NCBI GenBank assembly: GCA_964343985.1
Contig: CAYFLJ010000001.1
Coordinates: 9,929-73,928 of the forward strand
DNA from: an uncultured Thermoflexus sp.
Lineage (GTDB): Bacteria; Chloroflexota; UBA11872; UBA12225
Direction of reading: 5' to 3'
Length of the DNA: 64,000 bases
In this document: in pieces, positions 1 through 12,487 of the stretch
Layout of the letters: every line of letters begins with the position of its first letter
How positions within the stretch are numbered: position 1 is the first letter of the stretch
Made by a program: the position numbers and the translations under genes
Notes under the pieces: generated by a model
Databases searched by the model: none
Seen by the model: only the letters and a program-made list of their open reading frames with translations
What the model was told of the DNA's origin: nothing

Positions 1-620
1 GAAGCCGGGGCATTGAAGGAAAGATTGCTGCGATTCAGTTCGCGCGCGAGACTCGGCTGCCGTTCCTCGGCCTGTGCCTTGGAATGCAATGCGCAGTGAT
101 TGAGTTTGGGCGAAACGTTCTCGGCATCACCGACGCGAACAGCACCGAGTTTGACCCTGGGACCGATGGTCCGGTGATTTCGTACATGGCTGATCAGCGT
201 GCCGACGGCGCCAAAGGTGGCACGATGCGCCTAGGCCTTTATCCATGTCAGCTCGCACCCGGTAGTCGGGCAGGGGATGCGTACGGCACCTTGCTTGTCC
301 AGGAACGTCATCGCCATCGATTGGAGTTCAACAACGATTTCAGGGCACGGTTTGAGCGCGGCGGCATGGTGTTTTCAGGGCAGTCTCCTGATGGGCGACT
401 CGTCGAAATTGCGGAACTTGCTGACCATCCATGGTTCGTGGGAAGCCAGTTCCACCCAGAATTTCGGTCCCGTCCGAACGCACCCCATCCGCTATTCAGA
501 GGCTTCGTCGAGGCGTGCGTCCTGCAACCAGTCGCTGGGGAGCAGGTGCGACTGCCAATCGAAGAAGCACGACTGAGTGTGACCGCATACGCTGCGGCCG
601 AGACGGGGCATCATGCTTGA
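1..620 (+). CDS. pyrG: CTP synthase, C-terminal glutamine amidotransferase domain (5'-truncated by window edge)
   Basis: Translation from pos 3 gives [24 protein letters not shown]...[12 protein letters not shown], the canonical PyrG GATase motif; gene continues upstream of the window. Confidence 0.85.
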   Translation, partial: SRGIEGKIAAIQFARETRLPFLGLCLGMQCAVIEFGRNVLGITDANSTEFDPGTDGPVISYMADQRADGAKGGTMRLGLYPCQLAPGSRAGDAYGTLLVQERHRHRLEFNNDFRARFERGGMVFSGQSPDGRLVEIAELADHPWFVGSQFHPEFRSRPNAPHPLFRGFVEACVLQPVAGEQVRLPIEEARLSVTAYAAAETGHHA

Positions 621-855
621 CGACTAATCCCTCCACTGCTATCGTTGAACTTGGCAGCGTTTCGTACCTCATCCTCTCGCAAGCGCTTCGTGAGCCCAGT
701 AGCGGTTCTTTGCAAGCGTCTGGTTGTTTGCTTTGCATTCGACGAGAGGCACTGGCTGTACCCCACGGGGACTCAGTCGGCATCTCAGACTTGCGGTTGA
801 CGCACACCCCACTGCAGTTGTCCCACGTTGATTTTCACTTCGTCGTTCGCGTTGC

Positions 856-3195
856 GTGAATGACAGACGTATGTCGTGCAGAGCAGTGGCTTTGTGCGTC
901 GACGAAGATTCCCACTGCGATTGCTCTGGAGCCCGCCCTGTGAACTATTCCGAACTCGAACTCAAAACGGTCGATCAATTGCGTGCGCTTGCGCGCGAGC
1001 GCGGCATCGCTGATGTCGGCGGTCTCCGCAAGGCGGCGCTGATCACTCGGATCATGTATGGCACGGCGGGTGAACCTGCGGGTCGACCTGATGAGGAGCT
1101 GAGTGCGGAGCGTGTCGGACAGGGTGCCGAGAATGGTGCGCGAGTGGCCCCAAACGCCGTTGGTACCTCGACCCCCGAGGCGTCTGGAGCCGAGTCAGTT
1201 CAGAATAAATCGGGAGAACCTGCAGCTACCTTGGACGGCGCATCACCAAACGCGCAGGTACCGGTCGAGGCTGACGGAATCTCAACGCCATCTCCTGCAA
1301 CGCGTGGGCGGGCACCGTCCGGTCGGAGAGTGGCGGCGGCGCGGACCGGGGCGAAATCTGAGGTCGAACTTGGCGACAGCGATGTACCGCCGGTAGGCGT
1401 GGTGGAGGTCGTCCAGGAGGCGACCCGGAGTGGGTCGGAGGATCTACCGGTCGCGTCCGCTCCTCCTCAGATTGGGTGGGAACGAGCGTCTGCGCCTGGA
1501 GCGAGCGATTCACGAGCCGCGATTGATACCTCCGCGCCTGAACGGACCGAGGCGCGACCGGCACTGCATCGCGCCGCTGGCTCGAACGACCGGCCCAGTG
1601 CCGAAGCACGGCAAGCTGAGCCGACAGCCGTGCCGACCGACCGCGTCGGGTTCGGTCGTGAAGGACTGGACGACCCCCACGTGCCACTCGGTGCGCTCGA
1701 ACCGTCAGTAGTGGTACCCACGGCGACGACCTCGGTTGCCCCGGGATCAGTTGACGGTGAGACGCCCGCAGCGCCGGAACGAAGGGCTGGCGATGAGCGC
1801 GGTCCGCAGGCGGGGGCGCGGCCGATGGGGGCGCCGTTGGCGCCAGGGACGCCGGCGGTGCGTCCGTTCGAACGACATCGCGGGCGAGATCGCGATCGTG
1901 GGCGTGGAGGGTTTGAACGGGGGGAACGGGGCGACCGTCCCGAAGGCATGCCGGGTCCGCGAGGGCAGGCGATGCCTGGGGAGCGGCTTCAGGGCCTGAA
2001 TGGGGATCGGGCACCGGGCCAGTCTGGTGGTTACGGCTTTCAGTCGCAGCCGGCGCCGGTCCGCCAAGGCGTCCTCGAGATCATGGACGAAGGTTTTGGA
2101 TTCCTTCGCCTAGATCGACACTGGATGCTTGGGCCCGACGACATCTACGTTGCGCAGGCGCAAATCCGACGATTTGGCCTCCGGACAGGCGATGTCATCA
2201 TCGGGCAAGTACGACCGCCGAAAGATTCGGAGAAGTACGCCAGTCTGCTCCGAATCGAATCAGTAAATGGTCAGGACCCGGAGACTGCGAAGCGACGCCC
2301 CGTGTTCGACAACCTCACGGCACTCTTTCCGAACCGGATGTTTGATCTTGAGATGACCGACATCCAGGGTATGCGCGAACTGCAGCAGGCGAACCTGTCG
2401 AACCGGGTGATCAACCTGCTTGCACCGATCGGAAGGGGGCAGCGTGGCCTCATCGTCTCGCCGCCGAAGGCGGGTAAGACCATGCTTCTGAAGGGAATCG
2501 CGCATGCGATTACCCGAAATCAACCGGACGCGTACGTCATGGTTGCGCTTATTGGTGAGCGCCCCGAAGAGGTGACTGACTGGCAGAAAACCGTCCCTGG
2601 TGCGGAGGTTATTTCTTCCACGTTTGACGAGCCGCCCGAGAGCCACACGCGAGTCGCTGAGATGTGCCTTGAGCGGGCCAAGCGGGTCGCCGAACTTGGC
2701 AAAGACGTCATCATCCTGCTTGACAGCATCACGCGTCTGGCCCGCGCCTACAACCAGTGTGTCCCCCCGAGTGGTCGCACGCTATCGGGTGGGATGGACC
2801 CTGCGGCGTTGTTCCCGCCGAAGCGGTTTTTTGGGGCAGCGCGCAACTTGGAGGAGGGCGGCAGTTTGACGATTGTCGCGACGTGCCTTGTGGAGACCGA
2901 GAGCCGATTGGACGACCTTATTTATGAGGAGTTCAAGGGCACTGGAAACATGGAGTTGCGTCTCGACCGGAAACTTCAAGAGAAGCGAATCTTTCCAGCG
3001 ATCAGCGTGCAGGCTTCAAGCACGCGGCGCGACGATTTGCTGCTCGGCGAGGCCGTGCTTCGGCAGGCGGTCATGCTGCGTCGAATCATTGCGTCGGTTG
3101 GCACGACCGATGCGGTTGAACGCATGATCGAGACGATGGGCAAGACCGAAACGAATCGCGAGTTCTTGCAAGCGATGTCGAAGGTGCCGGCCTAG
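856..3195 (+). CDS. rho: Transcription termination factor Rho with a ~330-aa Arg/Gly/Asp/Pro-rich low-complexity insertion between the N-terminal helical domain and the cold-shock-like RNA-binding domain
   Basis: N-terminal helical motif [20 protein letters not shown]; [17 protein letters not shown]; Walker [12 protein letters not shown]; C-terminal [16 protein letters not shown] typical of Rho. An alternative GTG start at 940 is in frame. Confidence 0.9.
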   Translation: MNDRRMSCRAVALCVDEDSHCDCSGARPVNYSELELKTVDQLRALARERGIADVGGLRKAALITRIMYGTAGEPAGRPDEELSAERVGQGAENGARVAPNAVGTSTPEASGAESVQNKSGEPAATLDGASPNAQVPVEADGISTPSPATRGRAPSGRRVAAARTGAKSEVELGDSDVPPVGVVEVVQEATRSGSEDLPVASAPPQIGWERASAPGASDSRAAIDTSAPERTEARPALHRAAGSNDRPSAEARQAEPTAVPTDRVGFGREGLDDPHVPLGALEPSVVVPTATTSVAPGSVDGETPAAPERRAGDERGPQAGARPMGAPLAPGTPAVRPFERHRGRDRDRGRGGFERGERGDRPEGMPGPRGQAMPGERLQGLNGDRAPGQSGGYGFQSQPAPVRQGVLEIMDEGFGFLRLDRHWMLGPDDIYVAQAQIRRFGLRTGDVIIGQVRPPKDSEKYASLLRIESVNGQDPETAKRRPVFDNLTALFPNRMFDLEMTDIQGMRELQQANLSNRVINLLAPIGRGQRGLIVSPPKAGKTMLLKGIAHAITRNQPDAYVMVALIGERPEEVTDWQKTVPGAEVISSTFDEPPESHTRVAEMCLERAKRVAELGKDVIILLDSITRLARAYNQCVPPSGRTLSGGMDPAALFPPKRFFGAARNLEEGGSLTIVATCLVETESRLDDLIYEEFKGTGNMELRLDRKLQEKRIFPAISVQASSTRRDDLLLGEAVLRQAVMLRRIIASVGTTDAVERMIETMGKTETNREFLQAMSKVPA

Positions 3196-3242
3196 CCTCC
3201 GGGGTTCGGTCAGGCGCCCGGTGTATACTCGCGACTTATCTG

Positions 3243-3329
3243 GCCGAAGTGGCGGAATAGGTAGACGCGCTACGTTCAGGGCGTAGTGAGGTTACACTCG
3301 TGTGGGTTCGAGTCCCACCTTCGGCACCA
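3243..3329 (+). tRNA. tRNA-Leu (anticodon CAG), long variable arm, encoded CCA
   Basis: Acceptor stem GCCGAAG/CTTCGGC; anticodon stem CTACG/CGTAG with loop TTCAGGG (anticodon CAG); T-arm GGGTTCGAGTCCC; 3' ACCA. Confidence 0.85.
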
Positions 3330-3333
3330 TGGG

Positions 3334-3363
3334 AGGCGTCCTACCCGCACGGGTTGGGCGCCT
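3334..3363 (+). terminator. Stem-loop (AGGCGTCC...GGGCGCCT with nested CCCGCACGGG) immediately 3' of tRNA-Leu; candidate terminator or processing signal
   Basis: Inverted repeat with one G-U pair read from the sequence. Confidence 0.35.
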
Positions 3364-3459
3364 CTGCGATTCCAGTAAGGACGCGACGGTGTACAGCCGC
3401 GCTCAAGGCCGCTGATATACTTCGCGGGCGCAGAACAGGGGTGTTCGCGCGCTTCGATC

Positions 3460-3681
3460 ATGAATGCGTGGCGGGCTGCTGGATTGGCTACTCAGTTCGG
3501 CGCAACTGTCGCCGGTTGTCTCGCCTCCGGCATCACTTTTGGACGATGGCTTGACGATTGGGGTGGGACCTCTCCAACCTTTCTGCTTATCGGCATGTTC
3601 GCTGGTTTAGGCGCGAGTCTCGGGTTGGTAGTAGTTTTGTATCGGCTACAAGATGACGGCTCCACCCAGCCTCGACGTTGA
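3460..3681 (+). CDS. atpZ: AtpZ/AtpI-like small membrane protein (putative F0F1-ATPase-associated subunit)
   Basis: 73 aa with two predicted TM helices; motif GRWLDDWGGTSPTFLLIGMFAGLG matches the AtpZ family signature; sits immediately upstream of atpB. Confidence 0.65.
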   Translation: MNAWRAAGLATQFGATVAGCLASGITFGRWLDDWGGTSPTFLLIGMFAGLGASLGLVVVLYRLQDDGSTQPRR

Positions 3682-3720
3682 TTCCCCAACCTATCCCTTC
3701 GCGAGTCGGAACGGTAGTTA

Positions 3721-4599
3721 ATGGAAATACATGCGAGCCTGAAGGCTGAAGACCTGTTTCTGATCGGGCCGGTCGCCATCACTAACTCGATGGTGATGAC
3801 ATGGTTAGCAATGGCCCTGCTGGTGATTGTTTCTCAACGCGTTACTCGCGGAATGTCACTGGTCCCTTCTGGGATGCAATCGCTTGTTGAGTATGCTGTC
3901 GAATTCCTTCTAAATCTCGTGGAGAGCTCGGCGGGGGGTAAAGCTGGTCGTCGCTTTTTCCCACTTTTTGCAACTATTTTTCTTTTTATCATCACTGCGA
4001 ACTATATGGCGCTCTTGCCAGGTGTAGGGACGGTGTGGATAGGGAACCCGCATCAGGTGCATGGCGCGAGCCACACCGCGAGTGTCATACCTCAAGCAGC
4101 ATCCGGCACCGATGGATTGACATCCGGCTTCGTCTCGGAGAGTGGTACCGGACAGAATTCCGAGGCTACGCACCACGAGGCGCCGACGGTACACATCTTT
4201 CGTGCGGCGAACGCTGATCTGAACATGACCCTTGGGATGGGCATCATCGCGTTCCTATTTATTCATTGGTCAGGTATTCGGGCTCATGGGCTGAAAGGGT
4301 ATTTGGACGAGCTGGCAACTCCTCCATTCTTAACACCTGTAAAGGTTATGATTGAAGCGTTCGTTCCTGTTTCCCTTTCAATGCGACTTTTTGGTAACGT
4401 GTTCGGCGGGGAGATGCTCATGGCGGTGATGAATCTGCCGATCATAGCTATTCCCTTCATTGGTATGGAACTCCTTTTTGGTTTCATTCAGGCGATGATC
4501 TTTGCGATGCTTACGCTAATCTTCACAGTCTTGGCGACAACGTTGCTCCCGGGTCATGGTTCTGGTCATGACGGTCATGGTCACGACGGAGGCCATTAG
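3721..4599 (+). CDS. atpB: F0F1 ATP synthase subunit a, with an extra ~65-aa loop and a His-rich C-terminal tail
   Basis: Conserved motif LSMRLFGNVFGGEMLM (essential Arg); multiple TM segments; tail PGHGSGHDGHGHDGGH. Confidence 0.9.
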   Translation: MEIHASLKAEDLFLIGPVAITNSMVMTWLAMALLVIVSQRVTRGMSLVPSGMQSLVEYAVEFLLNLVESSAGGKAGRRFFPLFATIFLFIITANYMALLPGVGTVWIGNPHQVHGASHTASVIPQAASGTDGLTSGFVSESGTGQNSEATHHEAPTVHIFRAANADLNMTLGMGIIAFLFIHWSGIRAHGLKGYLDELATPPFLTPVKVMIEAFVPVSLSMRLFGNVFGGEMLMAVMNLPIIAIPFIGMELLFGFIQAMIFAMLTLIFTVLATTLLPGHGSGHDGHGHDGGH

Positions 4600-4769
4600 G
4601 TCGTTACAGCTTTGCAGCGCAATGCCGTTGGGCCGCGCAAAAGCGGGGTGGCAACGGGCACAGACGCGGTGACGAGGTGCTCCGAGGGTGAAACCACAAC
4701 GGTCGCCCGGCACCTGTTCGCCGACTTGGCGGGGTCGGCGTCCTACGGTACGCACTGGAGGTCACTTGG

Positions 4770-5018
4770 ATGTTTCTCAGTTTGGACGGTGCGCAGGCGG
4801 CGGCGCTTGCGAAGTTTGCGGCGGCCTTCGTAATCGGCGTCGGGGGTCTCGGTCCCGGGCTCGCGATTGGCATGGGAGTCCGAGGTGCGATGGACGCGAT
4901 TGGTCGGAATCCCGAGGCTGAAAATGCGATTCGTGGCACCATGATTATTGGCCTTGGCTTGGCCGAAGCCATTGCGATCTACTGCTTGGTGGTCGCGCTA
5001 ATCATTCTCTTCGTGTAA
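4770..5018 (+). CDS. atpE: F0F1 ATP synthase subunit c (H+-type, AEA ion-binding site)
   Basis: 82-aa hairpin proteolipid; GRNPEAE loop; carboxylate in GLAEAIAIY; RBS GGAGG 9 nt upstream. Confidence 0.92.
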   Translation: MFLSLDGAQAAALAKFAAAFVIGVGGLGPGLAIGMGVRGAMDAIGRNPEAENAIRGTMIIGLGLAEAIAIYCLVVALIILFV

Positions 5019-5026
5019 GCCAGACA

Positions 5027-5055
5027 GTGTGTGGCGTCGTAACGGCGCCACACAC
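5027..5055 (+). terminator. Intra-operon hairpin (10-bp stem GTGTGTGGCG/CGCCACACAC, 9-nt loop) 9 nt after the atpE stop; probable partial terminator or mRNA-stability element
   Basis: Perfect inverted repeat read directly from the sequence. Confidence 0.5.
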
Positions 5056-5106
5056 GTCAGTGACCCCTGCAGACGTAGCCAAGCCTGGTAAGGAATCGAC
5101 GTACGT

Positions 5107-5607
5107 ATGGGCATCTTCGACCAGTTGGGCCTCGACCCGCTCAAGTTGTCGATCCAGGCCTTCAACTTCTTATTGCTTTTATATCTGCTGAATCGCTATG
5201 CCTACAAGCCTGTCGTAGGTATGTTTGACGCGCGCGCAACGCGGATTCGCACCGACCTTGAGAATGCGCAGGCGATGCGTGAGGAGGCGGAGCGGGATCG
5301 GTTGACGTATCGAAACCAGCTGAACAAGGCGCGCGACGAGGCGCGGGCGATCCTCGAAGAGGCGAACAACGTGTCGGCGCGCCTGCGGGAACAGGCGCTG
5401 ATTGATGCGGAAGCGACGATTGCCCAGATGCTGGCGCGAGGTCGCGAGGAGATTGCGCGAGAGCGGGAGAGGGCGGTTGCCGAACTGCGGCGCGATGTTG
5501 CAAATGTCGCGATCCTTGCAGCTTCACGGGTCGTCGAACGCAACCTAGACTCAGCGGACTCGCGTCGGCTGATTGACGAGGCGCTGAGGGGCGCTGGGGT
5601 CAATTAA
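5107..5607 (+). CDS. atpF: F0F1 ATP synthase subunit b
   Basis: N-terminal TM followed by a long charged coiled-coil region (REEAERDRLTYRNQLNKARDEARAILEEA); operon position. Confidence 0.88.
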   Translation: MGIFDQLGLDPLKLSIQAFNFLLLLYLLNRYAYKPVVGMFDARATRIRTDLENAQAMREEAERDRLTYRNQLNKARDEARAILEEANNVSARLREQALIDAEATIAQMLARGREEIARERERAVAELRRDVANVAILAASRVVERNLDSADSRRLIDEALRGAGVN

Positions 5608-6146
5608 TGGCGCGTCGTTCATTAGCGGCCAAGCGCTACGCAGAGGCAGTCGCCTCAATGGCGTCGCAGGCTGTCACGTGGGACGAGTGGCTCCGCGACC
5701 TTACGCAGGTCGCTGACGCAATGCGTGAGCCGTCAATCCGTGCCATTCTTGCGGATCCTAATCAAGTAGTGAAGGTAAGCGCTTTCCTAGATTCCCGGGC
5801 GATGCGCGAGGGACTTCGCCCGGAGACCATCCGTCTCCTGCATGTCATGGCTGCGCGTCGGGCGCTTGGTCTGGTTCCCGACACGGTTGAGTGGCTTCAC
5901 GAGCTTGCGGACAAGGCCCGAGGTATTCGCCGCGTCGATATCACGTCGGCGGTTCCACTCGACCAAGCGCAGCAGTTGCAGGTTCGGACGCATCTCGCTG
6001 GGGCAAACACTGATCCATCCCGCGTCGTACTGACGTTGCATGTTGACCCAAGCATTATCGGCGGTTTGGTCATACGCGAAGGTGACCAGATTAGAGACCG
6101 GAGCGTCCGTGCCCGGCTTGAGACCTTGCGCGAGAACATGGCGTGA
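5607..6146 (+). CDS. atpH: F0F1 ATP synthase subunit delta (OSCP)
   Basis: Start overlaps atpF stop (ATGA-type coupling); OSCP-like N-terminus RYAEAV; C-terminal IGGLVIREGDQIRDRSVRARLETL. Confidence 0.88.
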   Translation: MARRSLAAKRYAEAVASMASQAVTWDEWLRDLTQVADAMREPSIRAILADPNQVVKVSAFLDSRAMREGLRPETIRLLHVMAARRALGLVPDTVEWLHELADKARGIRRVDITSAVPLDQAQQLQVRTHLAGANTDPSRVVLTLHVDPSIIGGLVIREGDQIRDRSVRARLETLRENMA

Positions 6147-6193
6147 CGCGCGCGACCTTTCGCACAACCACGGCTAGCTAGGGGAACGATTGC

Positions 6194-7732
6194 ATGGCCA
6201 TACGTTCGGAGGACATCGTCCGGTCGCTCGTCGACCAGATCGGCGGCTTTGACCAGCGTGAGCGGACGTCCAACGTCGGCTCGGTCGTCGAGGTCGGTGA
6301 CGGCATCGCGCGGATCTACGGACTGTCGCAGGCGATGTCCGGCGAGCTGCTCGACTTCGGCCACGGCACCATGGGCATGGCGCTCAACCTCGAAGAGGAC
6401 ACCGTCGGCGCGATTATCTTGGGGGATTACCAAGAAATCGGTGAAGGCACCGAGGTCCGGACGACCGGACGGATCGTGCAGGTCCCCGTCGGTGACGGGC
6501 TTCTCGGTCGAGTGGTTAGTCCGATTGGCGAGCCGCTCGACGGCAAAGGCCCGATCAACGCAACCGAGTATCGGCCGGTTGAGGTCGTTGCGCCTGGCGT
6601 GATCATGCGTCAGGAGGTTCGCACCCCGCTCCAGACCGGTATTAAGTCGATTGACACGATGATCCCGATTGGTCGTGGTCAGCGTGAGTTAATCATCGGC
6701 GACCGTGCGACCGGTAAGACGGCGATCATTGCAGACACGATCATTAATCAGGCCCGCCAGAAGACGGGCGTCGTGTGCATTTACGTCGCGATTGGCCAGA
6801 AGGAGGCGAAGGTCTCCCAATTGGTCCGCACTCTCGAGGAAAACGGCGCACTTTCGAACACGATCATCGTGGTCGCGGGCGCGTCATCGTCCGCTTCATT
6901 GCAGTACCTCGCTCCCTACGCCGGTTGCGCGATGGGTGAGTTCTATCGCGATAAGGGAGGCGACGCATTCATCGCCTATGATGACCTGACGAAGCATGCG
7001 TGGGCGTACCGTCAGGTATCGCTCTTGCTGCGTCGACCGCCCGGGCGCGAGGCGTATCCGGGAGACGTCTTCTATTGCCATAGTCGCCTCCTTGAACGCG
7101 CGGCGCGCTTGTCGGAGGAGTATGGCGGCGGGTCGTTGACGGCATTCCCCGTCATCGAGACCCAACTCGGTGACCTCTCGACCTACATTCCGACGAACGT
7201 CATCTCGATTACCGACGGCCAGATCTTCTTGCAAGGCGACTTATTCAATGCAGGCATCCGGCCGGCCGTAAACGTCGGCTTGTCGGTTTCACGCGTGGGT
7301 GGTGCTGCGCAGACGCGCGCCATGCGCGGTGTCGCGGGCCGGCTCCGCCTCGACATGGCCCGTTTTCGGGAGTTGGCTGCGTTCGCCCAATTCGGCTCAG
7401 ACTTAGATCGCGCGACGCAAGCTCAGTTGACACGGGGGCAGCGTTTGCAGGAGCTGCTCAAGCAACCGCAATACGGTCCCATGCCGGTCGAAGACCAAGT
7501 CATCGCGATTTATGCCGGTGTTTCTGGACGGCTTGACAAGGTTGACATCGGAGATGTTGGCCGGTATGAGCGCGAGGTTCTGCAGTTCATGCGCTCGGCA
7601 CACCCCGAACTATGCGAACGTGTGCTGAACGAGCGCCAGGACAGCACCAGCCGACTGAATGCGGGCTTGGCACAGGCGCTCGATCAGGCGTTCGACGAAT
7701 TTGAGAACCGGGTCTGGCGCGCATCCAATTGA
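6194..7732 (+). CDS. atpA: F0F1 ATP synthase subunit alpha
   Basis: Walker A GDRATGKT; 512 aa with a typical alpha-subunit sequence throughout. Confidence 0.97.
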   Translation: MAIRSEDIVRSLVDQIGGFDQRERTSNVGSVVEVGDGIARIYGLSQAMSGELLDFGHGTMGMALNLEEDTVGAIILGDYQEIGEGTEVRTTGRIVQVPVGDGLLGRVVSPIGEPLDGKGPINATEYRPVEVVAPGVIMRQEVRTPLQTGIKSIDTMIPIGRGQRELIIGDRATGKTAIIADTIINQARQKTGVVCIYVAIGQKEAKVSQLVRTLEENGALSNTIIVVAGASSSASLQYLAPYAGCAMGEFYRDKGGDAFIAYDDLTKHAWAYRQVSLLLRRPPGREAYPGDVFYCHSRLLERAARLSEEYGGGSLTAFPVIETQLGDLSTYIPTNVISITDGQIFLQGDLFNAGIRPAVNVGLSVSRVGGAAQTRAMRGVAGRLRLDMARFRELAAFAQFGSDLDRATQAQLTRGQRLQELLKQPQYGPMPVEDQVIAIYAGVSGRLDKVDIGDVGRYEREVLQFMRSAHPELCERVLNERQDSTSRLNAGLAQALDQAFDEFENRVWRASN

Positions 7733-7802
7733 CGTGGCCCTCGAGTTCGGCATGGACTGGACTCGGGGCGCCTAGACGGGGCTGACGAGGCACGAGCCAA
7801 CA

Positions 7803-8717
7803 ATGGCAACCGCACGCGAAATTCAGCGCCGAATGCGTTCGGTGCGGAACATCCGCCAGATCACCAAAGCGATGGAGCTTATCGCCGTCACTCGTTTGCG
7901 CCGTGCGCAACAGCGAGTAATTGCGGCGCGCCCGTACTCGGCCAAGCTCGGTCGGATGGTCGCGGAGATTTCCGCACACACGACAAGTCAGGCAGACGAA
8001 GGTGCCGTGCCTCATCCGCTCCTTGATATCCGTGAGGCGTCGCGCGTCGCGATTGTGTTGATCACCAGCGACCGCGGATTGTGTGGCGCACTCAACGGCA
8101 ACGTTATCCGGGCCGCCATGGCACATGCATCGCGTGAAGTAGCGAAGGGGCGTGAGGTGTCGTTCATTGCCGTAGGTCGTAAGGCGATGAACGGGTTGAA
8201 GCACGCGCCGTACCGAATAATCGGGGAATTTCAAGGCATTGGCGACTACCCATCGATGCTGAAAACGAGTCCGATTGCCCACGCTGCCATTGAAGCATTT
8301 ACGACCGCTGACATTGACGAGGCGGTTGTGGTCTACCCGAAGTTTGTGAGCACGCTCCGCCAAGATCCGACGGTGATGCCGTTGCTTCCGATCATTCCTG
8401 CGGAGGCCCGCAACACGGACCCGACGTTTGTGCCTTCCGGTGGAGCCGACGACCAAGGCGAGTTCTTGTTCGAGCCGAGCGCCGATGCCTTGTTGTCGGC
8501 AATTCTGCCGCGGTTCGTAGAAGTTCAGATCTATCAGGCGATCCTTGAAGCGATTGCGAGCGAATTCAGTGCGCGAATGGTGGCGATGCGTAACGCTACA
8601 GATAATGCAACGGAATTAATCAAAAGTTTGCAGTTAGGCTATAATAAGGCACGTCAGGCGACGATTACGCGTGAGATTATCGAAGTGAGTTCTGGCGCGG
8701 CTGCCCTCGGCAAGTAG
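7803..8717 (+). CDS. atpG: F0F1 ATP synthase subunit gamma
   Basis: N-terminal MATAREIQRRMRSVRNIRQITKAMELIA and C-terminal ITREIIEVSSGAAALGK are gamma-subunit hallmarks. Confidence 0.95.
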   Translation: MATAREIQRRMRSVRNIRQITKAMELIAVTRLRRAQQRVIAARPYSAKLGRMVAEISAHTTSQADEGAVPHPLLDIREASRVAIVLITSDRGLCGALNGNVIRAAMAHASREVAKGREVSFIAVGRKAMNGLKHAPYRIIGEFQGIGDYPSMLKTSPIAHAAIEAFTTADIDEAVVVYPKFVSTLRQDPTVMPLLPIIPAEARNTDPTFVPSGGADDQGEFLFEPSADALLSAILPRFVEVQIYQAILEAIASEFSARMVAMRNATDNATELIKSLQLGYNKARQATITREIIEVSSGAAALGK

Positions 8718-10268
<1,551 letters not shown>

Positions 10269-10344
10269 CGCGGCGCGACGGTCGTACCTGCACGACCCGT
10301 TCGTGCAAGCGTCCACGCGATCGGTCGTATCGGGAGGCACGATC

Positions 10345-10770
10345 ATGCCGTTACATGTCGAAGTAATCGCCGCCGAACAAGTCATTCTCGCCGAGGATGC
10401 CGACATGGTCGTGGCGCAAACGGCCTCTGGTCAGATTGCGATACTCCCAGCGCATGCGCCATTGGTGACGTTGCTCGTGCCAGGTCAACTGCGTCTCGTG
10501 CGTGGCGCCGGCGAGCAGGTATTGGCGGTTGCCGGAGGGTACTTGGAGGTTCGCGAGAACCAACTCGTGGTCTTGGCAGACGCGGCGGAACGCGCTGAGG
10601 ATATCGATCTTCAACGTGCGATCTCTGCGCGTGAGCGCGCCGAGGCGGTGCTTGCCCAGAAGACCTCAAACGCTGAAACGGCGCGGGCAACGGTTGCCCT
10701 GAGCCGCGCGATTGCTCGAATTCGTGTCGCTGAGATTACGCGAGGTCGTGCAACGACGCGCCGAGGGTAA
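10345..10770 (+). CDS. atpC: F0F1 ATP synthase subunit epsilon
   Basis: MPLHVEVIAAEQVILAEDADMVVAQTASGQIAILPAHAPL is a typical epsilon N-terminal beta-sandwich; C-terminal helical region; the track ORF from 10048 carries a spurious N-terminal extension. Confidence 0.88.
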   Translation: MPLHVEVIAAEQVILAEDADMVVAQTASGQIAILPAHAPLVTLLVPGQLRLVRGAGEQVLAVAGGYLEVRENQLVVLADAAERAEDIDLQRAISARERAEAVLAQKTSNAETARATVALSRAIARIRVAEITRGRATTRRG

Positions 10771-10992
10771 CCGCACACCAGCGGTGATTGATGAGGCAAT
10801 CAACGTGCGGACGCACATCGTTCGCACGACGCTGCATCTTTGCGCGTGCAGACAGGCGTTGCGTGGCAGAACCGATGGTGGCGCGTCTCGCGGTTGTGCA
10901 ATACATTGCGGCGGCACATGCCGCGCGTCCCTCCGCTCCCACGCCGGATACTCCCATGGCGCGTTTCACGGCACGTGGGAAGGCCCCAAAAC

Positions 10993-12342
10993 GTGATCGC
11001 CGACGCCGTGCCGTTGCCTGAGGTGATCGTCCACCCGAACGCGGATGGCGGTGGACGCCGCGCGATTGTCCAGGGTGGCGCACGCCTACGCGGCGCCGTC
11101 TGCGCTGGTGGCGCAAAAAACGCTGCCACCAAAATGATGGCGAGCGCCCTTCTCACTACGGAACCCATCACCCTCGAGAACGTCCCGACGATAGAAGCCA
11201 TTCGCACGCAGGCGTTGCTTCTAGAGGCGTTGGGAGCGAAGGTCGATTGGGACCCCGGTGCGCACCGAGTCACTGTTGACGCCTCTCGTCTGACGACCGA
11301 TCGGCTTGAAGGCGCGCTCGCGTCTCGTGAACGTGCCTCGTTTGTCATGACTGGCCCCTTGCTTGCCCGTTTGGGCCATGTTCAGGCACCTCGACCCGGT
11401 GGCTGCAACTTGGGCGAACGTCCCGTCAACGTTGACATCCGCGGTTTTCAAGCGATGGGTGCGACCGTTGATCAGGGCGACGGAATCTTCAACATTCGCG
11501 CAACCCGATTGCGCGGGGCGGGTATTTACCTTGATTACCCGAGCCATACCGGCACGGAAAACCTCATGATGGCGGCGTGTCTGGCGGACGGGACGACGAC
11601 CATTCGGAATGCGTCGTGCGAACCGGAGGTGGTCGCACTGGCGGACCACCTCAATCGGATGGGCGCGCACGTTCGGGGTGCCGGCACCCCACGGATTGAA
11701 ATTCGCGGGGTAACGCGATTGCGCGCGGCGAAAACGCGAGTAATCCCCGATCGGATGGAGGCGGGTAGCTTCGCAATCGCGGCGGTGGCAACCGGCGGTG
11801 ATGTCGAGATTCATGACATCGTGCCAGAGCACCTTGACCCGGTCCTTTACAAGCTCGCTGAGTGCGGCGCAACGGTCGAGGTGATGTCGGACCGCGTGCG
11901 GATCGCGGCGAGCGGCCCGTTGCAGGCCGTTGAAGTTCAGGCAATTCACTATCCGGGCTTTCCGACCGATTTGCAGACACCTTTCGGTGCGCTCCTCACA
12001 CAGGTTGACGGGCAAAGCATCATCCATGAGCGGGTTTTTGAGTCGCGCTTTCGCTATGTCGATGAACTTCGGGCGCTTGGCGCACGAATCGAGACGAACG
12101 GCGGTCCGGGGCCTCGCGAAACGGAACTCGCAACGAAGGCGTACATTTACGGACCAACCCAATTAGTCGGTGCTCGCGTGCGTGCGCTCGACCTACGGTG
12201 TGGGTTGGCGTTGATCATCGCGGGGATGTGTGCGTCGGGTGAGACGGAAATCACCGACTTTCATCACGCCGAACGCGGCTATGAAGATGTGGCGGGGCGT
12301 CTGGCGTCACTTGGCGCACGGCTGCGTATTGAGGGCACGTAG
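10993..12342 (+). CDS. murA: UDP-N-acetylglucosamine 1-carboxyvinyltransferase
   Basis: GGAKNAATKMMASALL (MurA GAKNAAL motif), EPSP-synthase-like fold, catalytic Cys region NLGERPVNVDIRGF; start uncertain, with GTG 10993 or a nearby site in frame. Confidence 0.85.
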   Translation: MIADAVPLPEVIVHPNADGGGRRAIVQGGARLRGAVCAGGAKNAATKMMASALLTTEPITLENVPTIEAIRTQALLLEALGAKVDWDPGAHRVTVDASRLTTDRLEGALASRERASFVMTGPLLARLGHVQAPRPGGCNLGERPVNVDIRGFQAMGATVDQGDGIFNIRATRLRGAGIYLDYPSHTGTENLMMAACLADGTTTIRNASCEPEVVALADHLNRMGAHVRGAGTPRIEIRGVTRLRAAKTRVIPDRMEAGSFAIAAVATGGDVEIHDIVPEHLDPVLYKLAECGATVEVMSDRVRIAASGPLQAVEVQAIHYPGFPTDLQTPFGALLTQVDGQSIIHERVFESRFRYVDELRALGARIETNGGPGPRETELATKAYIYGPTQLVGARVRALDLRCGLALIIAGMCASGETEITDFHHAERGYEDVAGRLASLGARLRIEGT

Positions 12343-12487
12343 CCGCCTGTTCTGGCAGGCACATGATTAGGCGCCGGTCGGACGAGCGGCTCTGTCATAG
12401 TGAGGGAGTGCGCCGCGATCGGCCGACCGCCGAGTTGGGCGCGGATACCGGCCCAAGACGTGGGCAGGTCGCACGGAGGAACCGCGC

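Noticed and set aside
1226-2014. 262-aa and 160-aa minus-strand ORFs inside the rho insertion region
   Set aside because: They lie antisense to the continuous Rho reading frame that links the NTD and CSD. The low-complexity GC-rich DNA yields open frames on all strands.
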